A stretch of DNA of 63,738 bases, the filler included, from Chiloscyllium plagiosum (taxonomy: Eukaryota), in NCBI RefSeq assembly GCF_004010195.1. It is 4 parts of one record of this genome, joined end to end, with 100 filler letters (N's around TTAATTAATTAA, not from the genome) between each part and the next. Parts side by side here need not be neighbours in the genome. Positions count along the whole stretch, not along the records: positions 48,648 to 60,433 come from NC_057717.1; positions 60,534 to 63,738 come from NC_057717.1; 2 more parts are not named here. One strand, written 5' to 3'. Positions 48,648 to 60,840 of this stretch are shown piece after piece. A model generated the notes under the pieces. That model made no database searches. It was not told where the DNA came from and worked only from the letters and a program-made list of their open reading frames with translations. The first letter of the stretch is position 1. Every line of letters begins with the position of its first letter. Made by a program: the position numbers and the translations under genes.

Positions 48648-50049
48648 ACAATATATATCATCAAACATGAAAAGAGTCTTTAAACTTAGTTCATTCCTTC
48701 TTTCTCAGCTTAACTTTCAGAGGGTTGTCTGTAGGATGAGCGTGCCACTCCGCCAATAGGACGTTCACAGGACCTTTGACGCGAGTGTGATGACTGCACC
48801 CTTTCTCAGCAGTCTGGATAGCTGCCTCAGGAGTCATCAGAGTTAGGAATGGTCCCTCCCAGCTAGGGTGGAGTTTGGTATCTTTTCAGTCTTGATCAGG
48901 ACCCAATCACCCGGTTGTCGAATTCAAGTGGAGGTATCTGGGTCAACTGACCCTTCTTCCTTAGGACAGACAAAGAAGAGCCGAACGCCACAATATAGTT
49001 CTTTAAAAACTTATCATTGAACTCTATAGTTGGTAATTCCCCTCTTCCACCCAAAAAAGGTAATCCAAACATCATCTCATAAAGAGAGAAGCTTTTATCA
49101 TGTCTAGGAACAGTCCTAATGCATAGAAATGCGATAGGTAAACATTTTGTCCATGGCAATCGAGTCTCTAGGACTAGCTTAGATAATTACTTCTTTAAGA
49201 TTTGATTCGCTCGTTCCACCCGCCCAGAGGAGGGTGTTTGCCAAGAGGTGTGGAATTCGCGAGAGATCTCTAATCCTGCCATTACTCCTTGCAAGATCTT
49301 TGGAAGTAAAATAGCTACCTTGGTCTGAATCTATACTTTCCACTATTCCATATGATGGGGTTATATGTTCAAGGACGGTTTTTACCACTCCTTTTGAGAT
49401 GGCTAATGACATTGGGAAAGCTTCTACCACTCGTTTATGTTGTCGACTAGGGCCAACAGGTACTTCTGTTTTCCCACTGGGTAATTCATATGTATACTTC
49501 GGAAGGGTCTCGCCACGAGTTTCTTCCTCCTTTCAGCCTTTCCCTTATTATTTTATACATACTTAGAATCAGTGTAAGTTGTCCCATCGCGATTCTCTAA
49601 GTGTTTTAGAGCTTGATTCAATGCGTAAAATTCACAGGTCTGGGCTGACCATGTGTTTGGCAGCCGGTCTGCTTCCACTGTTTGGTTTTTGTTACAGTTC
49701 ACTACTGCATATCCATTGTGTCTTTTTCCTTCCACTGCTCTCGATGATCTATCTGTAAACAATCTATCCCCTTCATATAAAGGTAGCTCTCTCAGGTCCT
49801 GTGTAATTTTGGTTTGATACTCTATGATATCTAAACAGTCATGTTCTAATTCTCATTTGTCTCGGGGTCTCCCTTCCATAAGAAGGTAGCTGGGTTTAGA
49901 CAGGTGTCTGTTGATAACACCAGGTCATCTTTTTCCATCAGGATGGCTTCGTCAACCATCTCCCTGCCTTTTGGTTTAACACAGTTCTGACTTGATGGGG
50001 GGAGGGGGGGTTACCAACTACTATAAGGCTGATCCATCTGCTGTCTTTG
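48648..50049 (-). mobile_element. pol: Degenerate class I ERV pol fragment (RNase H, integrase) with internal deletion
   Basis: LFTDRSSR...GYAVV...SAQTCEFYAL..AL...YTDSKY, joined by a deletion to VEAFP...IDSDQGSYF...WEGPF. Confidence 0.9.
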
Positions 50050-50549
50050 NNNNNNNNNNNNNNNNNNNNNNNNNNNNNNNNNNNNNNNNNNNNNNNNNNN
50101 NNNNNNNNNNNNNNNNNNNNNNNNNNNNNNNNNNNNNNNNNNNNNNNNNNNNNNNNNNNNNNNNNNNNNNNNNNNNNNNNNNNNNNNNNNNNNNNNNNNN
50201 NNNNNNNNNNNNNNNNNNNNNNNNNNNNNNNNNNNNNNNNNNNNNNNNNNNNNNNNNNNNNNNNNNNNNNNNNNNNNNNNNNNNNNNNNNNNNNNNNNNN
50301 NNNNNNNNNNNNNNNNNNNNNNNNNNNNNNNNNNNNNNNNNNNNNNNNNNNNNNNNNNNNNNNNNNNNNNNNNNNNNNNNNNNNNNNNNNNNNNNNNNNN
50401 NNNNNNNNNNNNNNNNNNNNNNNNNNNNNNNNNNNNNNNNNNNNNNNNNNNNNNNNNNNNNNNNNNNNNNNNNNNNNNNNNNNNNNNNNNNNNNNNNNNN
50501 NNNNNNNNNNNNNNNNNNNNNNNNNNNNNNNNNNNNNNNNNNNNNNNNN

Positions 50550-52940
50550 TCCTTTACAGCTGCAACATGACCTCCCAACTCCTGTACTCAATACTCTGAC
50601 CAATAAAGGAAAGCATATCAAATGCCTTCTTCACTAACCTGTCTACCTGCGACTACACTTTCAAAGAGCTATGAACCTGTACTCCAAGGTCTCTTTGTTC
50701 AACAACACTCCCTTGGTTCTTACCATTACGTGTATAAGTCCTGCTAAGATTCACTTTCCCAAAAAGCAGCACCTCGCATTTATCTGAATTAAACTCCATC
50801 TGCCACTTCTAAGCCCATTAGCCCATCTGGTCCAGATCCTGTTGTCATCTGAGGTAACCCTCTTCGCTGTCCACTACACCTCCAATTTTGGTGTCATCTG
50901 GAAGCTTACTAACTGTACCTCTTATGCTTGCAACCAAATCATTTATGTAAGTTACAAACAGTAGAGGACCCAGCACCGATCATTGTGGCAATCCACTGGT
51001 CACAGACCTCCAGTCTGAAAAACCACACTCCACCACCACCCTCTGTCTTCTACCTTTGAGCCAGTTCCGTATCCAAATGGCTACTTCTCCCTGTATTACA
51101 TGAGATCTAACTTTGCTAATCAGTCTTACATGGGGAACCTTGTCGAACGCCTTACTGAAGTCCATATAGATCACATCTACTTCTCTGCCCTCCTCAATCT
51201 TCTTTGTTATTTCTTCCAAAAATTCAATCAAGTTTCTGAGACATGATTTCCAACGCACAAAGCCATGTTGACAATCCCGAATCAGTCCTTGCCTTTCCAA
51301 ATACTCGTACGTCCTTTCTCTCAGTATTCACTCCAGTAACTTGCCCACCACCGAGGTCAGGCTCAACGATCTATAGTTCCCTGGGTTGTCTGTACCACCC
51401 TTCTTTAACAGTGGCACCACGTTTGCCAACCTCCAGTCTTCCGACACCTCACCTGTGACTATCAATGATACAAATATCTCAGCAAAAGGCCCAACAATCA
51501 CTTCTCGAGCTTGCCACAGAGCTCTCGGGTACAACTGATCAGGTCCTGGGGATCGATCCACATTTAACCGTTTCATGACATCCAGCACTTCCTCCTCTGT
51601 AATCTGGGCATTTTGCAAGGTGTCTCTATCTATTTCCCTACAGTCTATATCTTCCATATCATTTTCCACAGTAAGTACTGATGCAAAATATTCATTTAGT
51701 ATCTCCCCCATTTTCTGTGGCTCCACACAAAGGCCGCCTTACTGCTCTGTGAGGGGCCCTATTCTCTCCCAGTTACCCTTCGTCCTTAATACATTTGTAA
51801 AAACCCTTTGGATTCTCCTTAATTCTATTTGCCAGAGCTATCTCGTGTCCCCATCTTGCCCTCCTGATTTTCCTCTTAAGTATACTCCTCCTTCCTTTAT
51901 CCTCTTCGAAGTATTCAGTCGATCTATCCTATCTATACCTGGCATATGCTTCCTTCTTTTTCCTAACCAAACCCTCAATTTCTTTCGTCATCCAGCATTT
52001 CCTATACCTATCAGCCTTCGCTTTCACCCTGACCGGAATGTACTTTCTCTGGACTCTTGTCATCTCATTTCTGAAGGCTTCCCATTTTCCATCCGTCCCT
52101 TTACCTGTGAACATCTGTCTCCAATCAGCTTTCGAAAGTTTTTGCCTAATACCGTCAAAATTGGCCTTGCTCCAATTTAGAACTTCAACATTTAGACCTG
52201 GTCTGTCCATTTCCATCGCTATTTTAACACGAATAAAATTATGGTCGCTGGCCCCAAAGTGCTCCCCCACTGACACCTCAGTCACCTGCCCTGCCTTATT
52301 TCACAAGAGTAGGTCATGTTTTGCACCTTCTGTAGAAGGTGCATCCACATAATGAATGAGAAAACTGTCTTGTACACACGTAAGAAATTCATCTCCATCT
52401 AAACCTTTCACACTATGGCAATCCCAGTCGATGTTTGTAAAGTTAAAATCCCCTACCATAACTACCCTGTTATTCTTACAGATAGCTGATCTCTCTTTAC
52501 AAGTTTGTTTCTCCGTTTCCCTCTGTCCATTGGGGGTCTATAACACAATCCCAATAAGGTGATCACCCCTTTCGTATTTCTCAGTTCTACCCAAATAACT
52601 TCCCTGGATGTATTTCTGGGAATATGATTCCTCAGCACAACTGTAATGCTATCCCTGATCAGAAATGCCACTCCCCCTCCTCTCTTGCCTCCCCTTGTAT
52701 CCTTCCTGTAGCATTTGTATCCTGGAACATTAAGCTGCCAGTCCTGCCCATCCCTGAGTCAAGTTTCTGTAATTGCTATGAGATACCAGTCCCATGTTCC
52801 CAACCATGCCCTGAGTTCATCTGCCTTTCCTGTTAGGCCCCTTGCATTGAAATAAATGCAGTCTAATTTATTAGACCTACCTTGTCCCTGCCTGCCCTCC
52901 CTGTTTGAATCACTTCTGTTCTCAGCTGTACCTGTCTCAG
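50550..52940 (-). mobile_element. Relatively young CR1 ORF2 (endonuclease + RT), disrupted
   Basis: LDCIYFNARGLTGKADELRAW, GEHFGASDHN, SPGPDQLYPR, QHGFV..KSCLRNLIEF and YMDFSKAFDKVPH. Confidence 0.93.
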
Positions 52941-53530
52941 ATCGAGCCCCCCAAATCCTTCCTGTGATAGTTACCACGTACCATCCCTGCATTCCTCCAA
53001 ATCCAAGTAAAGTCCTCCCATCGTTAAAACCTTCCCTGTATCTGTCACCTGTTCCAGCTTCCACAAACCTCCCTATCTCTGTGAGACACAACCCTGTCCC
53101 ACTTACTACCGTCGGCTCTGTCACTAAATGCCAGTAGTCACTATAATATCAGGGTAAGATGTGAAAGCAGGAATACTTAGATGGGTTAGATGATCATGCC
53201 TGATCATATTGAATGGTGGGACCGACTCTGTGGTCAAATGGCCGATACCTGCTCTTCTTTCCTGTGCTTCTCAAAAGACTTACTATTCCATAACTTCCTT
53301 CAGTCCCCACAGTCATCCCAATTTTTTAAGCCCCTTCAGTCCCCACAGCCTTCCGTATCTCCAGAAACTCCTTCAGTCCCCATGACTCTTCCTTTCCATG
53401 TAACCTGAATCATTCCCCACAAACCTCCTTAACTCCATAACCTCCAAACGTCCCCAAGACCCTCCCTATCTCCATAATCTCATCCAGGCCCGACGACCCT
53501 CCCATTCAGAGAAACCTCCTTCAAACTTAA

Positions 53531-53835
53531 TGGGTCGTACAGTGGTTAGCACTGCTGCCTCACAGCGCCTGAGACCCGGGTTCATTTCCCGCCTCAGGCC
53601 ACTGACTGCATGGAGTTTGCACATTCTCCCCGTGTCTGCGTGGGTTTCCTCCGGGTGCTCCGGTTTCCTCCCACAGACCAAAAATGTGCAGGTCAGGTGA
53701 ATTGGCCATGCTAAATTGCCCATAGTGTTAGGTGTAGAGGTAAATGTAGGGGAATGGGTCTGGGTGGGTTGCACTTCGGCGAGTCGGTGTGGACTTGTTG
53801 GGCCGAAGGGCCTGTTTCCATAATAATCTAATCTA
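53531..53835 (+). mobile_element. Chimeric V-SINE (5' half from SINE A, 3' half from SINE B)
   Basis: 5' private variants and upstream flank match SINE A (32207); 3' variants (AGAGGTAAATGTAGGGG, TTGCACTTCGGC.AGTCGG) and downstream flank match SINE B (44427). Confidence 0.88.
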
Positions 53836-55888
53836 TCCCAGGGAGGAGATTTGCTCGGGTTACCCAGGAGGATTTAAACTAGTTTCGCAGGGAGTGGTGA
53901 CTCTGAGTAAGAGAAGGACAGTCGAAGAGTCAGCGGAAATACATCAGCCATCAATAGCAAGTTACCTATTCAGGATATCCAGGGGCACAATCGAGGGACC
54001 GAAAAGGCTTCTGGTTTAAAAAGCATTTATTTCAACGCACGAGGCCTGGCTGGTAAGGCAGACGAGCTCAGAGCATGGATTAGCTCTGGGGACTGGGATA
54101 TTACATCCGTAACAGACACATGGCTGAGAGAAGGGCAGGACCGGCAGTTCAGTGTTCCAGGATACAGAAACTACAGGCATGACAGAAGGTCAATTCATTC
54201 AGGAGGGGGAGTTGTACTTTTGATTAGGAAGGATATAAAAACAGTGCTTTGAGACAATACTGTTAAGCAGTCATCAAATGAGGCCATATATTTAAAAGTT
54301 AGAAACAAAAAGGGGATTGTCAGTCTGCTGGGATCGTGTTCTCAAATAGCCAGCGGGTACGAGAGGAGCAAATGTGTAATGAGTTTGCAGGTACCTATAA
54401 AAAATAATAGAGTAGTATTGGTTGGAGATTTTAACTTCCCCTGGATTGATTGGGTCACCCAGAGTGTAAAAGGCCAGTACTGGGTGAAATTTGTCAGATG
54501 TATCCAAGAAAGTTTCCGAAATCAAAACGGAGAGGGGTCTACACTACTCAGGCGGATGCACCACTGGACCTCCCCTCAGAAAGTGAGGTCGGGTAAGTGA
54601 CTGAAGTATCAGTCGGAGAGCACATTGCGTCCAGTGACCACAACTTTGTTTTCGCATAGTTATGGAAAAAGATCAGAGACGTCAACAGATTTAGGTTTTA
54701 AACTGGAACTGGGCCAATATTGGGGTCATTGAGCAGGATCGAGCTCGATCTGCGTTCATTGGGTGAAGGTAAAAATCCCACAACACCAGGCTATAGTCCA
54801 GATGGTTACAGAGGAACCTCGATTATCTGAACGAGATGGGTGGATACTATTTCGTTTGGATAATTAATTATTTGGTGAATCGATTCAATGCCTTTCCTCT
54901 GGGGCTCGGAGACCCAGAGTTTTCAGTCCAGTCTGCTCCGTGTTCAGGTGACGAGGCAGCAGCAAGCCATGAGCGAGCCGCCACGCCCTGCCAGACCCCC
55001 AAAACACACCTCGCTCGCCTCCAAACCCATCCAACACCGCCCCCACCCCCCCTCAACGTCGCCTCCCCCACCTGCCCCAAACCTACCCAACAGTGAACCC
55101 TGCTCCCAAAACCATCCGACACCACTCTCCTCCCGCCGCCTGACCCCACTTCCCAAACACGTTCGACATCACCCTCAGCCCGTCGCCAAACCCGTCCAAC
55201 TCCGCCCCCTCGCCCAACACACCCACCGTCCAATCCATGTCCACACCCGTGCCCCCGGCCCCCCGTCCCCATCATCATCTCCCCCTTCTGGGCAGCTGGA
55301 GTGGACACCAACAGTAAAACATCTACTCCTTTGCTGGGGTAAGTCTCCAAGTAGCGCACACGCACATGCACACACACACCCTCAGACAGCCACACGCAAC
55401 TTTTTACTGCAACAGCTCAAAAAGTTCCACCTCTGCGCTGAAGAGGAAAATGTTTGAGAGAATATCTGGGGAAGGGGTGTTTAGGATTCACCCCTATATC
55501 GAACTCCAGCGGAGGTGTCGGGAGAGGGAGAGAGGGTGGGAGGTCTGTCATTGGAGATGGTATCTGGGCTCGATGCCCAGGACTGTTCTCGGCAGCATTT
55601 CAGTCAGCTGAGATCGGTTTTAATCAAGAAAAACACAACCAGGTTTGAAACAGCTCTTTGCTGTAATATTTCTATCGGGACCTCGAGATCTCATTTGGAT
55701 AATCTGATATTGGGTTAATTGATATTTGGACAATCAAGATCCCTCTGTATTTGAAAGCGCTAGATTTAGAAGCTCTGGTGATCATTCTAAAAGATGAAAG
55801 ACTTAATCTAAGCTTGTTTAATATTTCATTCCATGACACTGGATTCCTGTTGCTATAAATTCGGTGCTTTAGGATTGTGCTCCACATC

Positions 55889-55923
55889 CAGCTGATGAAG
55901 AAGCAGTGCTTCGAAAGCTAGTG
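55889..55923 (+). ncRNA. Minimal type I hammerhead ribozyme motif with intact core and stem II
   Basis: CUGAUGA (55892-98), A, GAAGC/GCUUC stem II with AGU loop, GAAA (55913-16), then GCUA with palindromic AGCU. Confidence 0.72.
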
Positions 55924-57667
55924 CTTGCAAATAAACCTACTGGACAAAAATCTGGTGTTGTGTGATTATTAACTTTGTCCACCCCCATCAAACACCGGCA
56001 CGTCCAAATCATGACTAAAATCGATTAGGTCAGTCTGTTTGAATGAAAAGGAATGACTGACAAATGGGAGGCTTTTAAAAGTGTGATCTCAAGTATTCAG
56101 TATGTCCGTGTTAGGGTGAAGGGAAAAGCTAGCAGGTTTCGGAATCCCTGGCCCATGAGAGGTGTCGTCACACTGTTCAGGAAAATGAGGAAGGCACACA
56201 TTGTCTTTAATGTTTCCGAATCTATGTAACCTCTTACAGTCCTAAAGACACGATCAATCTGGGGAGACCCAAAAGGCCGCTCAGGTTCCTGCAGCACTCC
56301 CAACCTGTAGAACCCACCCCAAATCATGTGACTTTCAGTTCCTCTAAGACTCACTATCTGTGTAACATTCTCCCATCACGAGCACCCCACTATTAATTTA
56401 ATCTCCTCCAGTCTCTCCATCCATGACTCGTCTCCATAACCTTGTCCAGCACGTACACCTTTATCTGTGTAAACGTCACTCTCCCCGACAACCCTTCCCA
56501 CTTTGACCATTCTGGAGGAGGTTACTAATGCTCCCTTATCTGTGAAACTGTCTCCAACCAAAATTGCTGCCCTTCTGTAAAATCTGTCAGACTCCACACC
56601 CTCCATATCTAACTAATCTGCAGAACCTAAACCTTCCTGTATCTATAAGCATCATCCATGACTACTCTCTATATCTCTGTTTGGTTCTCCGGTCGATACA
56701 ACCCACTTTCTCTCTAAACTTCTCCATTCACCTAAAACACTCCTGTCTGTGTAAACCGCTCCATCCTACCACACATCATTATCTGTGCAAATAGATTCAT
56801 CGCTCCCAACCTCCTCATCTTCATGAACTCCTGCAGGTTCTACATCTCTCCACATTTCTGTAACACCCCGTGGCTCGATGGTCCTCATTCCCTGTGAAAC
56901 ACCTCCAGTCCAAACAGCCCTCCCAGTCTGGGTCATCCGTTCAAGATCAGGCCGTTGGTGTTTCTGTTACCTCTGGCACTCTGAGCAAACCTTCCTAATT
57001 TTATTGATTCATTCAGATCCCATCCTCTCCAGACTTCCTGCCATTGTGACCCTCCCTATTTAGAACACAGAACCTTCCAGCACAGTTCAGGCCCTTCGGC
57101 CCTTGATAATGTGCCGATCTTTTATCCTACTCTTGGATCAAACCAACCTGAAGACCATTCAAAGAAGAAAAGAACAAAGAAAATTTCTGCACAGGACCAG
57201 GCCCTTCGGCTCTCCATGCCTGTGCCGATCGAGATCCTCTGTCTAAACCTGCTGCCTATTTTCTAAGGATCTGCATCCATTTGCTCCCTGCCCATTCATG
57301 CATCTTTCCAGATAAATCGTAAATGACGTTATTGTTCCCAACTCTACCACCTCCGCTGGCAATGAGTTCCAGGCCCGCACCACCCTCTACATAAAGACTG
57401 TTCCACGTATATGTGCCCTAAACCTTTCTCCTCTCACTTTGAGCTTGTGACCGCCAGTAACTGCATTTTGCAATCTGGGGAAAAAGCTTCTTGCTATCCA
57501 CCCTGTCTACACATTTCATGAATTTGTAGACATCAATCAGGTCCCCAGTCAACCTTTGTCTTTCCAATATAATTAATCCGAATCTATTCATCCTCTCTTT
57601 ATAGCGAGTCCCTTCCATTCCAGACAACATCTGGGTGAACTTCCTCTGCACCCTCTCCAAAGCATCC

Positions 57668-57768
57668 ACATCCTTTTGGTAATGCGGTGATCAGAACTGT
57701 GTGTAACATTCAAAATGTCCAATACAACTGTAACATGACCTGCCAACTCTTTTACTCTATAGCCCGCC
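57668..57768 (-). mobile_element. CR1 continuation up to the ERV insertion point
   Basis: QFxSPHYQKDVDALE motif; homology ends at 57768. Confidence 0.8.
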
Positions 57769-57833
57769 TGTTAGAAACGAAAATCGCTTCTCAATAATCG
57801 CTCTCGACAAATTCAGGAAAACAAAGTTTTATG
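57769..57833 (-). mobile_element. Probable R/U5 end of the ERV 3' LTR
   Basis: Minus strand ATAAAACTTTG...CGTTTCTAACA, ending in CA at the CR1 junction. Confidence 0.65.
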
Positions 57834-58966
57834 CCTCACAATGTCATCCCACAACTCCTTTACCCCAGGGACGCCCTCATAAGGCCCAGGACCACTGCAA
57901 TTCCAGTATTCGGATTGTTGACCCCGTGGCAGAGTCTGGGCAGGATTATTCCAGCATTGATTCCCCTGACAACCACCGCTCCACACTCTTTTCATGCCAT
58001 CGGAAGGGTCAGCACTGAGCTCGTAAGAGGAGGGATCAGAACGTAACCGAATGCAATTTTGATGATCTCGGTTTGCAATGTACCAAGCAATATTCTCAGG
58101 CCACCATACTCGCGTGGTTGCATCCAATATATTCTGCCAGGGGCTAATCCCTACCTTCACGGTCCCCTTGCCTTCAATACAGAACTGGCCCTCAGGGCTG
58201 TTTGTCAGTCTCCACCCCTGGCTTTTTCTGTCGTTGTCATGAGTCCAAGTGTTTTGCAGCAATTCCCCTATGTCTAAGCTTTGACCAGTCCACGGCCATT
58301 GTTCCGACATATGCGGCCCCCCACAGACCCAGCCATTGCTAACATTTAAAACAGTGGCTATTCTAGAGGTGAGATCAATAAGCAGGTTTTGTGTAACATC
58401 AGGGAGTTCAATCTGTCCTTCTACATCTTTGTATACAGATGGCACTTTAGGGGGCACGACCGTTCCCTGACGGTCTTGCTCTTTCCCCACCCCCCGATCA
58501 GGGATCTGTATCTTGGTCTCCTTGTCTCTGTCAACCTGCTCCCTGAGCAACACGGAGGATAGGTCCCACCTCCCAGTTTTGCTAATACACACACAGCGGT
58601 CATTTATAGGGAATCCATGGATTTTGCCACCGTATCCTTTATTATATACCTGATAATAGGGTCTCCCATCCTCCCAGTTTTGCTAATACACACCCAGCGG
58701 TCATTTATAGGGAATCCATGGATTTTGCCACCGTATCCTTTGTTATATACCTGATAATAGGGTCTCCCATCCTCCCAACATTCATGGCGTGCACTCACAT
58801 CGTAACACCTATCGTCCACATAGGAATGGGACACAAATGATCCCGAATAGATTCGAATCCCAAGTCTTACTGTAGTTCGACATTAGTCACATCTCCCCTC
58901 ACCCTCCCCCACATACAGGAGTAAACTGATCAATATCCCCACCAATACAGTCCAAGTAGAGTTCAT
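57813..58966 (-). pseudogene. env: ERV env (signal peptide + SU), disrupted and 3'-deleted
   Basis: ATG at 58966: MNSTWTVLVGILISLLLYVG; stop at 58883-85; 101-bp duplication; NLLIDLTSRIATVLNVSNGWVCGG (CxxC-type motif with C to G); no TM subunit. Confidence 0.85.
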
Positions 58967-60433
58967 TATTGCTGTCTTTTCAGTTTTACCGACAACGGCT
59001 TGTCCCCTTGCTCGCATGTCCAGGTGCTTTCTTCTTCAGGCGGAACAGGCCCCTTTATCCTTGATGCGTGGACCCACCCTTTTTCTTTCGTCCGAACAGC
59101 TGCTTCAGTTGTTGACAGAACCAGGAACGGTCCTTCCCACCGCGGCTGGAGCTTTTCGGCCTTCCAGGTCTTAACAAGTATCCAATCTCCGGGCTACACC
59201 TTATGCAGGAGGAAGTCGAGCGGCGGAGTCTGAGCCAGGAGACCTTTCCTCCGGAGTTCTGCAAAAGAACAGGATAAGGCCAGTAAATAGGTTCGGATAA
59301 ATACATCCCCCCTTGTAGAGTGGTACATCCATCAACCTTACTCCAATACGGTAATCCGAAGAACATTTCATAGGGGGAAACCCCGACATCTCGGCGAGGT
59401 GCCGTACGTATCCTCATTAGGGCAATGGGCAGGCACTTTGGCCAGGGTAACTTAGTTTCTAACATCAGCTTAGTCAATTGGGTCTTGAGCGTGCCATTCA
59501 TTCTCTCAACTCGACCCGAACTCTGAGGATGCCAGGGTGTGTGGAATTTCCGTTGGATACCCAGGGCATTACACATCAAATGGTGTAGCTTAGAAATAAA
59601 ATGCGTCCCGCAGTCGGAGTCAATAGATTCCATTATGCCATATCTCGGGATTATGTTCTCTAACAACAGTCGGGCCACGGTTGGTGCATCGTCTTTGGCA
59701 GTTGGGAAAGCCTCTACCCAGTGAGTGAAATGGTCTACTATTACTAACAGATATTTCCATCTCTGTACTGGGGGTAATTCCGTAAAGTCAACTTGGATCC
59801 TCTGAAATGGCCTAATCGCTAGGGGCTGACCACCAGCTGGCATAGAACGCATGGCTTTCTGATTAATACGCAGGCAAGTGGGGCATCCGACTACCTCTTG
59901 TTGGGCTAACGTGTATATCCCCCTGCATACATAGTCTCTCAGGATTGTATCACACATGGCTTGCACCCCCCAGTGGGTCTGATGGTGTAATCGGCGCAGA
60001 ATACCCCGGGTGATCTGTTTGTTCAGTACTTGTCTCCCATCAGGAACCGTCCACTTCCCGATAGTATCTAGCCGGGCACCCAATTGATCCATTTTATCAA
60101 TCTCCCCCTGGGTGAAGACGGGTTGTTTAGCGAGCCCTCCCTCAACGGTATTAACGTTAACAATTGGACAGATTTTTCGACCGCTGCCCGCTTGGCTTCC
60201 TCGTCTGCCAGCCGGTTTCCCACCGCTTCCGGTGTCGACCCCTTCTGGTGACCGGGTACATGGACTACTGCAAGTTCCGTAGGTAACGCCAGGGCTTCCA
60301 ACGTTAGGCTGATCATTTGTTCGTGAGCTAATTCCTTTCCCCGGGAAGTTATCAATCCTCGCTCTTTCCAGATTTTCCCGAAAGTATGAACGACTCCGTA
60401 TGCATACTTTGAGTCAGTATATATAGTCCCCAC
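58966..60433 (-). pseudogene. pol: Young class I ERV pol: RNase H C-terminus and integrase, frameshifted
   Basis: YTDSKY...HVPGHQ...GNRLAD; zinc finger HHQTH...CPTC; DDE in QVDFTE/IDSDCG/RVERMN; WEGPF module; frameshifts near 60120 and 59310. Confidence 0.95.
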
Positions 60434-60533
60434 NNNNNNNNNNNNNNNNNNNNNNNNNNNNNNNNNNNNNNNNNNNNTTAATTAATTAANNNNNNNNNNN
60501 NNNNNNNNNNNNNNNNNNNNNNNNNNNNNNNNN

Positions 60534-60840
60534 AGAGAGAGAGATAGTGGGACACAGAGAGAATATTGACAGAGAGAGATAGTGGGACACAGAGAGAATA
60601 TAGACAGAGAGAGAGATAGTGGGACACAGAGAGAATATAGACAGAGAGAGAGATAGTGGGACACAGAGAGAATATAGACAGAGAGAGAGATAGTGGGACA
60701 CAGAGAGAATATAGACAGAGAGAGAGATAGTGGGACACAGAGAGAATATAGACAGAGAGAGAGATAGTGGGACACAGAGAGAATATAGACAGAGAGAGAG
60801 ATAGTGGGACACAGAGAGAATATGGACAGAGAGAATGTCG
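60534..60840. repeat. 37-bp GA-rich minisatellite (~8 copies visible)
   Basis: Unit AGAGAGAGAGATAGTGGGACACAGAGAGAATATAGAC. Confidence 0.95.

Larger units (their letters stand above)
53268..57667 (+). repeat. Duplicated block: matches 31943-~32370 joined to ~44600-48547
   Basis: Colinear high identity by eye, including the CR1, Penelope-type insertion, MITE (54809-55747) and CR1 tails. Confidence 0.93.
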
